Shown here: positions 50,970-60,207 of the stretch, in pieces
Layout of the letters: each line of letters opens with the position of its first letter
Position numbering within the stretch: position 1 is the stretch's first letter
Assembly: GCA_947484175.1 (NCBI GenBank)
Contig: CANKOI010000009.1
Coordinates: forward strand, 5,829 to 69,828
DNA: 64,000 bases
From: Deltaproteobacteria bacterium
GTDB taxonomy: Bacteria > Myxococcota_A > UBA796 > SXON01
Reading direction: 5' to 3'
Position numbers and translations under genes: made by a program
Notes under the pieces: generated by a model
Database searches by the model: none
What the model was told of the DNA's origin: nothing
The model's input: only the letters and a program-made list of their open reading frames with translations

Positions 50970-53132
50970 GTGTTGAGCGGGCGAGCCGAGTTGTCGATCG
51001 ATGAAGTGTTGCGGCGGGTGCAGCAGTACGCTCCCGGTGCGGACACCCAGTTGGTAGCGGAGGCGTACCTCTATGCCGCGATGCACCATCGCGGCCAGAT
51101 TCGAAAGAACGGTGAAGACTACCTCATCCATCCTCTAAACGTGGCGTTGATCCTATCCGATATCCGGATGGACGTGGAGACGATCGCGGTCGGCCTGCTG
51201 CACGACACGCTCGAGGACACCGAGGCCAGCGTGGAGGACATCGCGAAACGATTCGGACCCACCGTGGCCGAGATGGTCGAGGGGGTCACGAAGCTCAGCA
51301 AATTGGCCTACCGCGGGAAACTCGAGGAGCAGGCCGAGAATTTCCGCAAGCTGGTGCTCGCCTTCGGAAAGGACATCCGCGTGATCATCGTGAAGTGCGC
51401 CGACCGGCTGCACAACATGCGCACCCTGCAATTCCAGCGAGCGGACAAGCAGGTGCGGATCGCTCGCGAAACCCTCGACATCTACGCCCCCCTCACCCAC
51501 CGCCTCGGGCTCGAACTTATGAAGCGGGAGTTGGAGGACCTCTCCTTCCGATACCTGCATCCCGCCGAATATCAGGAGCTGGAAACGGCGCTGGAACTCG
51601 ATGCCGAAACCCGGGAGCGGTACGTCGCCGAAACGAAGGCGCTGATCTCCGAAACGCTGGTCTCACGCGGGCTGAACTGCATCGTGACCGGGAGGGTGAA
51701 ACACCTGTACAGCATCTGGAAGAAACTCCAGCGCACCGAAAAGGGGCTCGGCGATCTGCACGATCTGCTCGCTTTCCGCGTGATGGTGACCGAGCGGGAC
51801 AGCTGCTACGTCGGGCTCGGCTTCGTGCACTCCGCCTTCTTCCCCGTGGCCACGCGGATGAAAGACTACATCGCGATGCCGAAGGCCAACGGCTACCAGT
51901 CGCTCCACACCACCGTGGTGGGGCCCGACGGCCGCGACATCGAGATCCAATTCCGCACCGAGGCGATGGACAGGGTGGCCGACACCGGCATCGCAGCCCA
52001 CTGGCGCTACAAGAACGGCCGACTCAGCGTGTCGAACGCCGAACTCGAAGAGCTGGCGCGCCTACGCGGTTTCATCCAGATGGCGCGCGACATCGAAGAC
52101 CCCTCCGACTTCCTCGACGCCGCCCGTTCCGACCTCAGCGCCACCATCCACGTTTTCACCCCCGCCAAGGACGTGGTGCTCCTGCCTGAGGGCAGCAGCG
52201 CGCTCGATTTCGCGTACCACGTGCACAGCGAGGTGGGAAACCACGCGAGCGGCGTGAAGGTGAACGGCCGCCTTGTCCCCTTCCGTACGCTGGTGAAGAC
52301 GGGCGACAACGTTGAGGTCCTCACTCGCGAGGATGCACATCCGACTCGCGACTGGCTCGAATGGGCCCACAGCCACCGAGCGCTGGAGAAAATCCGGAAG
52401 CGGCTGCGCGAGTCGCTTTCCGACAAAGCAGTGGCGCTGGGCCGCGACATCCTCGACGGTGCCCTCCGCAAGCAGGGGTCTAGCCTCAAGCGCGTGCTCA
52501 GCGACCGCGAGCTGGCCGGTCGTTTGAAGGACGCGGGGTACGAGGATGTGGATGAGCTGGCGGGAAAGCTGCTCGCGGGGAGCGTCGGCCCCACGGAAGC
52601 GGGGCGCATCCTGCTCCCTCAGCCCATCGAGCCGCCGCCCGCACCGAGCGCGTTCCAATCCCTGTTGCAGCGGGTGCGCCGTCCCGCCGAGAATGCCATC
52701 CTCGTGAGCGGCCAGACTGACATTCTGGTGGACTACGCCCGTTGCTGCCGCCCGATGAAAGGTGAGTCCATCATCGGGTACATCACCCGCGGACGAGGGC
52801 TCTCCGTGCACAAGGAGGAGTGCACTCAGTTGCGCGGGCTCGACGCGGAACGGTTCATTTCCGTCACCTGGGACGCCCAGTCCCGCACGCTGCACCAAGG
52901 GTTGCTCCACCTCGTCTTGGAAGACAGGCCGGGCATGCTGGCGGCGATCACGGGGGTGTGCAGCACCGCCAAGATCAACCTGTGGCGCGCGAACGTGCGG
53001 CAAGACGAAGACGACCGCGCCATCTGCGACCTCGGCGTGAGCGTGTACGACATCGGCGAGCTCGACGGCCTCGTGAAGAAGCTGAAGAGTGTGCGCGGAG
53101 TGGTGGCCGTGGAGCGCGCTGCGGCACTCTGA
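50970..53132 (+). CDS. rel: Bifunctional (p)ppGpp synthetase/hydrolase (RelA/SpoT homolog)
   Basis: HD hydrolase motifs (HRGQIRKNGEDYLIHPL, LLHDTLEDT), synthetase (RVKHLYSIWKK, YQSLHT), TGS and ACT domains. The GTG start at 50970 is uncertain. Confidence 0.95.
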   Translation: MLSGRAELSIDEVLRRVQQYAPGADTQLVAEAYLYAAMHHRGQIRKNGEDYLIHPLNVALILSDIRMDVETIAVGLLHDTLEDTEASVEDIAKRFGPTVAEMVEGVTKLSKLAYRGKLEEQAENFRKLVLAFGKDIRVIIVKCADRLHNMRTLQFQRADKQVRIARETLDIYAPLTHRLGLELMKRELEDLSFRYLHPAEYQELETALELDAETRERYVAETKALISETLVSRGLNCIVTGRVKHLYSIWKKLQRTEKGLGDLHDLLAFRVMVTERDSCYVGLGFVHSAFFPVATRMKDYIAMPKANGYQSLHTTVVGPDGRDIEIQFRTEAMDRVADTGIAAHWRYKNGRLSVSNAELEELARLRGFIQMARDIEDPSDFLDAARSDLSATIHVFTPAKDVVLLPEGSSALDFAYHVHSEVGNHASGVKVNGRLVPFRTLVKTGDNVEVLTREDAHPTRDWLEWAHSHRALEKIRKRLRESLSDKAVALGRDILDGALRKQGSSLKRVLSDRELAGRLKDAGYEDVDELAGKLLAGSVGPTEAGRILLPQPIEPPPAPSAFQSLLQRVRRPAENAILVSGQTDILVDYARCCRPMKGESIIGYITRGRGLSVHKEECTQLRGLDAERFISVTWDAQSRTLHQGLLHLVLEDRPGMLAAITGVCSTAKINLWRANVRQDEDDRAICDLGVSVYDIGELDGLVKKLKSVRGVVAVERAAAL

Positions 53133-53139
53133 CGGGCCG

Positions 53140-53406
53140 CTATGGAAAGTGAATCGCGTCTTCGGCAAGCGCCGCCGTGTCGGTACGGAGGAAATACTCC
53201 TCCCCCACCTCGACGCGTTCGAGTGCCGCTCCTCGCACAGCGCCATGGCCGTGGCCGGCAACAGGGATGAGCGAATGCCCTCCGGCGAGCCAGCCCAGAG
53301 CGGTGGCCCGGTCGATCACGCGAGGCGCGACGCCCAGGAGCTTCACTTCCAGCGAGATGACCCGCCCGCCGACCAGTTCCGCGTGGAGCACTTCGATATC
53401 CGCCAT
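53140..53406 (-). CDS. Hypothetical small protein (tentatively DUF3892-like)
   Basis: An 88-aa ORF convergent with rel. The C-terminal pattern EEYFLRTDTAALAEDAIHFP vaguely recalls DUF3892. This recollection is weak. Confidence 0.4.
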   Translation of the reverse strand: MADIEVLHAELVGGRVISLEVKLLGVAPRVIDRATALGWLAGGHSLIPVAGHGHGAVRGAALERVEVGEEYFLRTDTAALAEDAIHFP

Positions 53407-53528
53407 GAGAGCCCTCAGACTGGCGTCGCGCTTAAGGTCGCAGGGGCGGACAGGCCACGAGGTAGATTTACGTCCCGTGGTGTCGACGGCATGGGCCGCC
53501 TCGGTGCGTAGACCATAGGCCCCTCTGC

Positions 53529-54569
53529 ATGTGGTTCCTGCTCTTGGCCTGCATGAAGGTGCCCGACACCACCGAGTTGGCGCGCCCGCAGCCGAGGGTC
53601 CCCACTCCTCAGTCCATGGTCTACGTTCATGTGGACACGCGGCCTACCGACGTGCTCGTCGCGCGGGCATGGCCAGCTGCCGTAGACGAGTCGCTCAGCG
53701 GAGCCGCCGGCGCCGTGGCCTTCAAGGTCTTGCGGAGCGGAAGCACCTCAGCCGCAGACGTACGCTGGCGCGCGATCCTCGCGGGGTATCCGTGGCCGAT
53801 CGAACGGGCAGAGCTCGCGCGCGTAGCGGAGAATGAGCTTCCCGAAGCGCTGCTCACGATCGCGGCACCCTACGCAGGCAAGGACGTGGGGCTGGTGAGG
53901 GTGCGCGAGGCCGGCACCGACCAGTGGGTGCTGCTCGTTGGCGGCCGTCGGGGAGACCTCAAGGCGTTCCCGCGGGAGCCCGCGCGGGGCTCCACCCTGC
54001 TATTCCCTGGCCACGCGGTGCTGGCCACGGCGCCGAGCGGGACGCTTCTACGCGCGGACGAGCGCCTGACCGTAGACGAGCCTGGTGAGTGGTTGGTGAC
54101 GCTGAGCGACTCCGAAGGGGAAGTGGCGACCTTTCCCCTCTACGTGGACCGCCCCACCCCGCAAGCAGCCCCCCTGCGTGGCCCCGCCACCGCCGAGTCC
54201 AACGGCGACCTCAACGACGAACTGCTCAACCGCCTCGACGACCTTGACGAGTGGTACGACCGAGCCGCTCCTGACCGGGAGGCCGCCCTCGACGGCGTGG
54301 CCCGGGTACGCCTGCGGGAGTTCGTCGCCCGGCGCCCGCTGCCCGCCACGGGGCCCCAACTGGCGGCCGTCGGCTACTTCGCGGGAGCCGCCGGCGAATG
54401 TCGGGCGGCCACGATCGTGGACTGTCTGGACACCATGTGGTGGAGCCATAGCGGGCACGCCGCGCTCGCCCGTGAATGGGCCGCCGTGGGTTTGGCCGTC
54501 GAGCCGACACCGGAGGGGGTGGCGATCTCGATCACTGTCGCCGCAGCGCTCCCGCCTACCTCGCGCTGA
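53529..54569 (+). CDS. Hypothetical lipoprotein
   Basis: MWFLLLAC lipobox. 346 aa, no recognised family. Its 3' end overlaps the convergent cyclophilin gene by 14 nt. Confidence 0.55.
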   Translation: MWFLLLACMKVPDTTELARPQPRVPTPQSMVYVHVDTRPTDVLVARAWPAAVDESLSGAAGAVAFKVLRSGSTSAADVRWRAILAGYPWPIERAELARVAENELPEALLTIAAPYAGKDVGLVRVREAGTDQWVLLVGGRRGDLKAFPREPARGSTLLFPGHAVLATAPSGTLLRADERLTVDEPGEWLVTLSDSEGEVATFPLYVDRPTPQAAPLRGPATAESNGDLNDELLNRLDDLDEWYDRAAPDREAALDGVARVRLREFVARRPLPATGPQLAAVGYFAGAAGECRAATIVDCLDTMWWSHSGHAALAREWAAVGLAVEPTPEGVAISITVAAALPPTSR

Positions 54570-55281
54570 TCTCGACGCGTTCCAACACCACGTCCGTGAC
54601 CGGCTTGTCGTTGGCGCCCGTGGGGACGTTGGCGATCTTGCCCACGACGTCTAGGTTCACACAATCACCGAAGATCGAGTGCTTGCCGTTGAGGTGGGTG
54701 GGGGTGCCTTCGGTGATGAAGAACTGCGAGCCGTTGGTGTTGGGGCCCGCGTTCGCCATCGCGAGAATGCCCGTGTGTTCGAACACCGTGAAGTCGCCCA
54801 CTTCGTCCGCAAAAGTGTAGCCCGGCCCGCCACCGCCGGTGCCGAGAGGATCGCCGCCCTGGATCATGAACCCCGGGATCACCCGGTGGAAGGTGGTGCC
54901 GTCGTAGAGCGGCGCCCGCGACACCACGCCCGTGCGGGGGTGGGTCCACTCCTTCTCGCCGCGCGCGAGCTGCACGAAGTTGGCGACCGTCTCTGGGACT
55001 TCCTGAGGCCGGAGCTTGCACTCCACACTGCCCAGCGAAGTCTTGAACGTAGCGAAGAGGCTCTGCCCGGGCTCCATGCCCAGCGCCGATAGGCGGTCGG
55101 ACTTCTCCCCTTCGGCGGCCGCGCCGCTCAGGCGCTCGACGGTGGCCCTCAGCGCGTCGTTGTCCTTCTCCAGTCGTGCGCTGGCACGTTCGAGATCGCC
55201 GACGCGGATCTTGAGGCGGTCGTTCTCGGCGAGGGCGGCGTTGTCCTTGCAGGCCAACAGACTGAGGAGGAGCGTGATCAT
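54556..55281 (-). CDS. Cyclophilin-type peptidyl-prolyl isomerase lipoprotein with N-terminal coiled coil
   Basis: MITLLLSLLAC lipobox, a heptad-like segment (LKIRVGDLERASARLEKDNDALRATVERL), then FHRVIPGFMIQGGDP and GSQFFIT. Confidence 0.9.
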   Translation of the reverse strand: MITLLLSLLACKDNAALAENDRLKIRVGDLERASARLEKDNDALRATVERLSGAAAEGEKSDRLSALGMEPGQSLFATFKTSLGSVECKLRPQEVPETVANFVQLARGEKEWTHPRTGVVSRAPLYDGTTFHRVIPGFMIQGGDPLGTGGGGPGYTFADEVGDFTVFEHTGILAMANAGPNTNGSQFFITEGTPTHLNGKHSIFGDCVNLDVVGKIANVPTGANDKPVTDVVLERVEISAR

Positions 55282-55347
55282 GGTGCGAGGCTAACGTGAA
55301 ACGGGGGGCAAGGCCCAGTGCCCGCACCCCGTGGACGGCCTAGAGCC

Positions 55348-56025
55348 CTATCGCCTGGAAATCTCCACCCGAGTGAGCACGACAGGGCGAACCGGGCGAT
55401 CACGCTCGCCACGTGGGGCCGCGGCGATGCGCGCAATCACCTCCTCGCCGGCGCACAGGCCTAAGACGGTGTAGCGGCCATCGAGATGCCGGGCGGGGCC
55501 GTCGGTAACGAAGAACTGCGAGCCGTTGGAGTTGGGGCCCCGATTGGCGAAGGCCAAAATGCCGGCTCGGTCGAAGCTGGAGACACTGGTATTCTCGTCG
55601 GCGAGGGAGAACCCCGGGCCGCCGGTGCCCGTTCCGGTGGGATCGCCCCCCTGTACGAGAAAGCCGGGAATGATGCGATGGAACAGCGTGCCGGCGTAGA
55701 GCGGGCGCAGGGTGTCCACGCCCGAACGGGGGTCGCGCCATGCACGCTCACCACGGGCGAGGTCGACGAAGGCGCGGACGGAGATCGGGGCACCCTCATG
55801 CGAGAGAAGGCAGGAAAAGGAGCCCGCCGTCGTCACGAACTTCGCGTAGAGCGACTGACCGGGCGCGAGGCCGAAGTCGGGCGACCTCACCGAGTCGGGA
55901 GTGCCGGCCGAGGAGGAGAGCGGGACCACCTCCCGAGCGTCACGCATCCACGTGGCGAATGCCTCCCCCGCCCAGGCAGAAGATGGGAGCAGCAACACGA
56001 GGAGAGGGAGGGCCGACCAACGCAC
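55348..56025 (-). CDS. Cyclophilin-type peptidyl-prolyl isomerase, secreted
   Basis: GTG at 56025 gives the signal VRWSALPLLVLLLPSSAWA. FHRIIPGFLVQGGDP and GSQFFVT are present. It is a tandem paralog of the previous gene. Confidence 0.88.
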   Translation of the reverse strand: MRWSALPLLVLLLPSSAWAGEAFATWMRDAREVVPLSSSAGTPDSVRSPDFGLAPGQSLYAKFVTTAGSFSCLLSHEGAPISVRAFVDLARGERAWRDPRSGVDTLRPLYAGTLFHRIIPGFLVQGGDPTGTGTGGPGFSLADENTSVSSFDRAGILAFANRGPNSNGSQFFVTDGPARHLDGRYTVLGLCAGEEVIARIAAAPRGERDRPVRPVVLTRVEISRR

Positions 56026-56094
56026 GGAATGCTTGAGTAAGTATAGACACGTCAAGAGCACTTCGGCCAGTCCCGTGGGGTTCTGAGTTACATC

Positions 56095-56337
56095 ATGCCA
56101 CCCGATGGAGCCCAGATGCGCGTACGAATCTTCCTCCGGCAGCCCCTGTTCACTGTGGCCGGGCACGTGCCGCGCGGCGTGGTGATTCTGGATGGCGTCG
56201 TGGGCGAAGACCACTCACTCGGCTGGAAGGTCGCCGTCGAGGCTTGGTTTGGCGAGAACGGCCAGCCGTTGGAGGGCGAGAGGCGCACGCTCATCGTACC
56301 GGCCGCGAAGATCGACCATGCCCTGGTGATCGGCTAA
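56095..56337 (+). CDS. Hypothetical small protein
   Basis: An 80-aa ORF in the gap left once the cyclophilin start is trimmed. It has no recognisable motif, and the start could be the internal MRVRIF. Confidence 0.35.
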   Translation: MPPDGAQMRVRIFLRQPLFTVAGHVPRGVVILDGVVGEDHSLGWKVAVEAWFGENGQPLEGERRTLIVPAAKIDHALVIG

Positions 56338-56352
56338 GGCAGCGGCTGCTGA

Positions 56353-57033
56353 ATGTGGATCGTCGTCTTCGTAAGCTGCACGGTTGAGCTCTCCGGCTCG
56401 GTGACCGACTTGGACGGCGCGGCCGTGGGTGGCGCACGCCTCCAAGCGCCCGGCTGCGAGGCGGTATCCAACGCCGCCGGGGCCTTCCGCGTACGCTGTG
56501 AGCGAGCCCTCCATCGCTTCGCGGTGACCCACCCCACCTACGCGGGCGCCACTCTCGAGATCGACGCCACCGGTCTCCTGGCGCCAGAGGCCTCGCGCGC
56601 GAGCCTCCGCGCGTGGCCGTCGGAGCCGGGGCTCTACCTTGAGCCGAGCTACGCAGCCGTGCCTTCGCCGGGGCTGGTGCGCACCGCCACGCCGACCGAA
56701 CAACGCTTTTGTGTGCCCGCCGAGGCCGTGCTTCCGGTGGCACCCGCGGGTACGGCCCTCTTCGACGTGCACGACGTGGAGTGGCGCCTTTACCGCCTCG
56801 ACGAGGATGGCTGCGCCCTGCGGCTGAGCACCCGCGACGGCGGCACCTACTGGTCGCCGACCGCCACGCAGGTGGAGGTGACACCGACACCGCTCGCCGA
56901 CGGACACCTGCGCGTGCCCCTCCCCGCCGAGCCCGGCCGTTACGCGGCCGCACCGTGGATGGCTGGGTTCTTCGTCCCGCGATCGGTCTCTCCGGACGTG
57001 TGGGAGGCCTGGGCCTTCGAGGTGGGCGCCTGA
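56353..57033 (+). CDS. Hypothetical lipoprotein with N-terminal carboxypeptidase-regulatory-like segment
   Basis: MWIVVFVSC lipobox, with GSVTDLDGAAVGGARL...NAAGAFRV resembling the CarboxypepD_reg pattern. Confidence 0.55.
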   Translation: MWIVVFVSCTVELSGSVTDLDGAAVGGARLQAPGCEAVSNAAGAFRVRCERALHRFAVTHPTYAGATLEIDATGLLAPEASRASLRAWPSEPGLYLEPSYAAVPSPGLVRTATPTEQRFCVPAEAVLPVAPAGTALFDVHDVEWRLYRLDEDGCALRLSTRDGGTYWSPTATQVEVTPTPLADGHLRVPLPAEPGRYAAAPWMAGFFVPRSVSPDVWEAWAFEVGA

Positions 57034-57062
57034 AACTGGCGGCGCTCCGCGAGCCGCCAGAG

Positions 57063-57860
57063 CTACTCTACTGTTGAAAGGTCGCGCGTGAGCCGGGTAG
57101 CGTCGTAGCTTCCCTCCATCGCGAGGAACCCCGCCACATCGGCCGTGAAGGCGCCCGTAAGTTCGCCATCCACGGTGAGCGCACCTGTGGTTTCGACGGG
57201 GAGGGCGAACCACTGGAGGTCGATGCTCGCCGTGCCCGCCAGCGCTCCTTCGTCGTTCTCCAGGTCAAACAGGTAGCTCGTGTCAAGATCGTAGCCGAGC
57301 AGGCTCAGCAAGCAGCCTGCTTCGCCGACGGCCGCTTCTCCCTCCGCGTCGACCACGATCGTGAGCGCGCCCGAGCAACCGAGCGACAGGGCCTGCCCGT
57401 TGTAGTCGCCCGATGCGGTGATCGCGAGATCTCCCACGTACACGCCAGCGTAGACGCTCTGCACGAGCACGCCGCCCACCGTGTAGGCGAGCCGGTCGCC
57501 GTTGGGGAGCAGGGCCTCGGCCGTGAGGGCGTGCGTACCCACTTCAAGCGACGCATCCTCCATCAGCGCCCCTGCGAGGGCCCACTCGCTGTCTTGATCA
57601 CTCGCCCACGTGATGCCATCGAACTCCTTCGGCTCGCCATCGGCCCCGTATACGACCGCACTGAACGTGGAGGGCTCTTCGAAGGCGAGGAAGGCCGCGG
57701 ACGCCGGGCTCTCGATCACGAGGCGAGCGCCGTCCCACTCCGCGTCGAGCGCGGCCTGATCGACGGCCGCGCCCGAATCGTCCATCGAGGTGCCGCCGCT
57801 GGGATCCCCATCGACGAGCAGGGTATTGTCGTTGCAGGCGAACAGGACGAGAGCGAGCAT
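57063..57860 (-). CDS. Hypothetical lipoprotein
   Basis: The start was re-assigned to the ATG at 57860, giving the MLALVLFAC lipobox. The protein is acidic and beta-rich. Confidence 0.55.
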   Translation of the reverse strand: MLALVLFACNDNTLLVDGDPSGGTSMDDSGAAVDQAALDAEWDGARLVIESPASAAFLAFEEPSTFSAVVYGADGEPKEFDGITWASDQDSEWALAGALMEDASLEVGTHALTAEALLPNGDRLAYTVGGVLVQSVYAGVYVGDLAITASGDYNGQALSLGCSGALTIVVDAEGEAAVGEAGCLLSLLGYDLDTSYLFDLENDEGALAGTASIDLQWFALPVETTGALTVDGELTGAFTADVAGFLAMEGSYDATRLTRDLSTVE

Positions 57861-57934
57861 GGGTACTCCGGCGCGCAGCACTGTAGCACGCTTTCCGAGG
57901 GTCGGCGCGACGGGCAACGTGGTAAGCGGCAGGG

Positions 57935-58909
57935 ATGGAAGAGATGATCGCGGTAGAGGGCCTGCGGAAGTCATTCGGCGGCTTCGAGGCGTTGAAGGGC
58001 ATCACCTTCCGGGTGCCGAAGGGGGGCATCGTCGGGTTTTTGGGGCCCAACGGGGCGGGAAAGACCACGGCGATGAAGATTCTCACCGGGTTTCAGGCGC
58101 CATCAGGCGGCGTCGCCCGCGTACACGGCTTCGATTGCGTGGGGGAGAGCCTTCAGGTGCGGCGCCACATCGGCTACTTGCCGGAGGCCGCGCCGGTGTA
58201 CGGCGACATGCTGGTGCGAGACTACCTCGACTTCATCGGGCGCGTGCGCGGCCTGGCCGAGGGCGAGCGAGCGAGGAGCATCGCGCGGGTGGCCGACGAA
58301 TGCGACATCGCGGACCGACTGGGGCAGCGGGTGAGCACGCTGAGCAAGGGCTATCGCCAGCGGGTGGGTCTCGCCCAAGCGCTGTTGCATGAGCCGCCGG
58401 TGCTGATCCTCGACGAACCGACGAGCGGGCTCGACCCCAACCAGATTCTGGCCATCCGGAACCTCATCCGTCGCATCGGGCAGTCACGCACCGTGATCCT
58501 GAGCACCCACATCCTCCAGGAAGTGCAGGCCACCTGCGACCGTGTGCTCATTCTCAACCACGGCGACCTTGTGGCCGACGCCCCCATCGATCAAGTGCGG
58601 GCCGCCATCGAGGGCGGCGACCTCTTTCGAGTGACCTTCACCGAGGGCGCAGTGCGCCTCGCCGAGGGGGCGATTCGGGCTGCCATCGAGGGCATGCCCG
58701 GCGTGCAACGCGTGGCCCTTCAGACCGCCGAAACGGCCGGCACCCACCCCTACGAAGTGATCGCCGACCGCGACATCCGCGGGGAACTCTTTGATCTCGC
58801 GGTGTCCCGCGGGCTGCGACTCACCGACCTCTCCCGCGAGCGCAGCTCGTTGGAAGAGGTGTTCCGCCGCCTCACGCTCGGCGACGACGAGGCGAGCGCG
58901 CCAGGCTGA
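57935..58909 (+). CDS. ABC transporter ATP-binding protein (ABC-2/GldA-like)
   Basis: GPNGAGKTT, the LSKGYRQRVGLAQAL signature, and LILDEPTSGLD. No permease gene is adjacent. Confidence 0.92.
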   Translation: MEEMIAVEGLRKSFGGFEALKGITFRVPKGGIVGFLGPNGAGKTTAMKILTGFQAPSGGVARVHGFDCVGESLQVRRHIGYLPEAAPVYGDMLVRDYLDFIGRVRGLAEGERARSIARVADECDIADRLGQRVSTLSKGYRQRVGLAQALLHEPPVLILDEPTSGLDPNQILAIRNLIRRIGQSRTVILSTHILQEVQATCDRVLILNHGDLVADAPIDQVRAAIEGGDLFRVTFTEGAVRLAEGAIRAAIEGMPGVQRVALQTAETAGTHPYEVIADRDIRGELFDLAVSRGLRLTDLSRERSSLEEVFRRLTLGDDEASAPG

Positions 58910-58910
58910 G

Positions 58911-60155
58911 TCACTCCCTGCGGTACCAGGTGTCGACCTGCGCCGAGCGGGACTCGACCCACTCCTCCATCTGACGGAGGTCCGTGTCGAGCGTACGGCC
59001 CACATTGACATAGCCCCGCGGGTCGCGCGACACCCACGGCTCGATGAACGCGGAGGTGGTTCGCATGAGCTCAGTGAGCTCGGCGGCGTCTACCTTTGCG
59101 AGGGTTTCGTCGAGCATGGCTGTGAACCGGGCTCGGCACACTTCGTCGCCCTGGCAGGCTGCACCGAGCGGCGAGCTCGCACGTGCGAGGCGACTCTCGC
59201 CAGACGTGAAACAATAGTCCAAGCCGGTCGGCACCATCGACATCAGCCCCGTGCCGCCGTGGTCGAAATAAATGCGGTAGTTGTTCGATGCGAAGGCGTA
59301 GCCGTCCCACTGGCCTGTCCACGCCTCCACGAGCTGGAAACGAACGTACTGGTCCAGGTCCACGACCTTGGACAACTCGCCATCGAGGTCGTCAGCCTTC
59401 ATGGCCGTGATCACGGAATGAACGTCGGCCCACTGCACGTCCGACCCCGATTCGAGTTGGAAGTATTCCGCCTCTGCCGGCGTGAAGTCAGCGTGATTCC
59501 ACGAGTCTGGGTAGTAGGGATAACCGCCCTCGTAGAGGTTGCCCTCGCGGTGGCCGAAGTGTCGCTCCATGTAGTCGCGATCGGCCGTTTCGACGTTGCT
59601 GTACAGGCCGTACTCGACGTCGTTCACCGTGACCCAGGCGTACCCCACTCGGGAGTACGGGAGCCCCGCGGCGGCGAACGCAGCATAGGCCACGACCTCG
59701 TGCACCTGTGTGGCGTCGTGGAGCATGTTGTTCAGCGTCAACTTGCCCTTTCCGTGAAAGCTCTGGTCAGGCACGAACCGATTGAAGTCCAACTTGAACG
59801 CGGCCTTACCGTTGAGGTCCTGAAAGGAGCCCGAACCCTTCAGGCGTACCCCCACCCGCTCGAACCGTTCACCGTCCACCGAAACTGCGCCCTCGACGTA
59901 CTCCTGCGGGGTGCGGCGAAGGAGCCGCTTGGCCTCGTCTGACAACTCGATGTCGACGAGGTGCACCTCGGTGGGCGAGTAGATGCCATCGTAGTCGTCC
60001 GCGGGTTCCTCGCCGGTGTCCTCTGTCGGGGGCGAGGTGTCGCCCGGCAATTCCTCATTCACCTCCGCCTGCGGCTCGACACCTGGACGGGCCGGTTCGC
60101 AGGCAAGCAGCAGCAGCGGCAGCGGCAGCGGCAGCGGCAGCGGCAGCGGCAGCAT
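58911..60155 (-). CDS. CotH-family (atypical kinase fold) secreted lipoprotein
   Basis: The start was re-assigned to the ATG at 60155, giving MLPLPLPLPLPLPLLLLAC. CotH-like segments are present: VRLKGSGSFQDLNGKAAFKLDFN, LTLNNMLHDATQVHEVVAY and NNYRIYFD. Confidence 0.85.
   Translation of the reverse strand: MLPLPLPLPLPLPLLLLACEPARPGVEPQAEVNEELPGDTSPPTEDTGEEPADDYDGIYSPTEVHLVDIELSDEAKRLLRRTPQEYVEGAVSVDGERFERVGVRLKGSGSFQDLNGKAAFKLDFNRFVPDQSFHGKGKLTLNNMLHDATQVHEVVAYAAFAAAGLPYSRVGYAWVTVNDVEYGLYSNVETADRDYMERHFGHREGNLYEGGYPYYPDSWNHADFTPAEAEYFQLESGSDVQWADVHSVITAMKADDLDGELSKVVDLDQYVRFQLVEAWTGQWDGYAFASNNYRIYFDHGGTGLMSMVPTGLDYCFTSGESRLARASSPLGAACQGDEVCRARFTAMLDETLAKVDAAELTELMRTTSAFIEPWVSRDPRGYVNVGRTLDTDLRQMEEWVESRSAQVDTWYRRE
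60108..60152 (-). repeat. Hexanucleotide microsatellite: six perfect CAGCGG units (60114-60149) flanked by CAG units, encoding (LP)6 of the CotH signal peptide
   Basis: Read directly from the sequence. Confidence 0.9.
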
Positions 60156-60189
60156 GCGGCCACCGTAGCCGAGGGTGGAGCCCCCGTCG

Positions 60190-60198
60190 TGGTACAAT
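60190..60198 (+). promoter_or_regulatory. Extended -10 element TGGTACAAT, 9 nt upstream of the solute-binding-protein ATG
   Basis: It fits the TGnTAnnnT pattern in the 52-bp divergent gap. No Shine-Dalgarno sequence lies between it and the ATG at 60208, which would be compatible with a leaderless transcript. Confidence 0.3.
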
Positions 60199-60207
60199 CG
60201 GGCCCGG

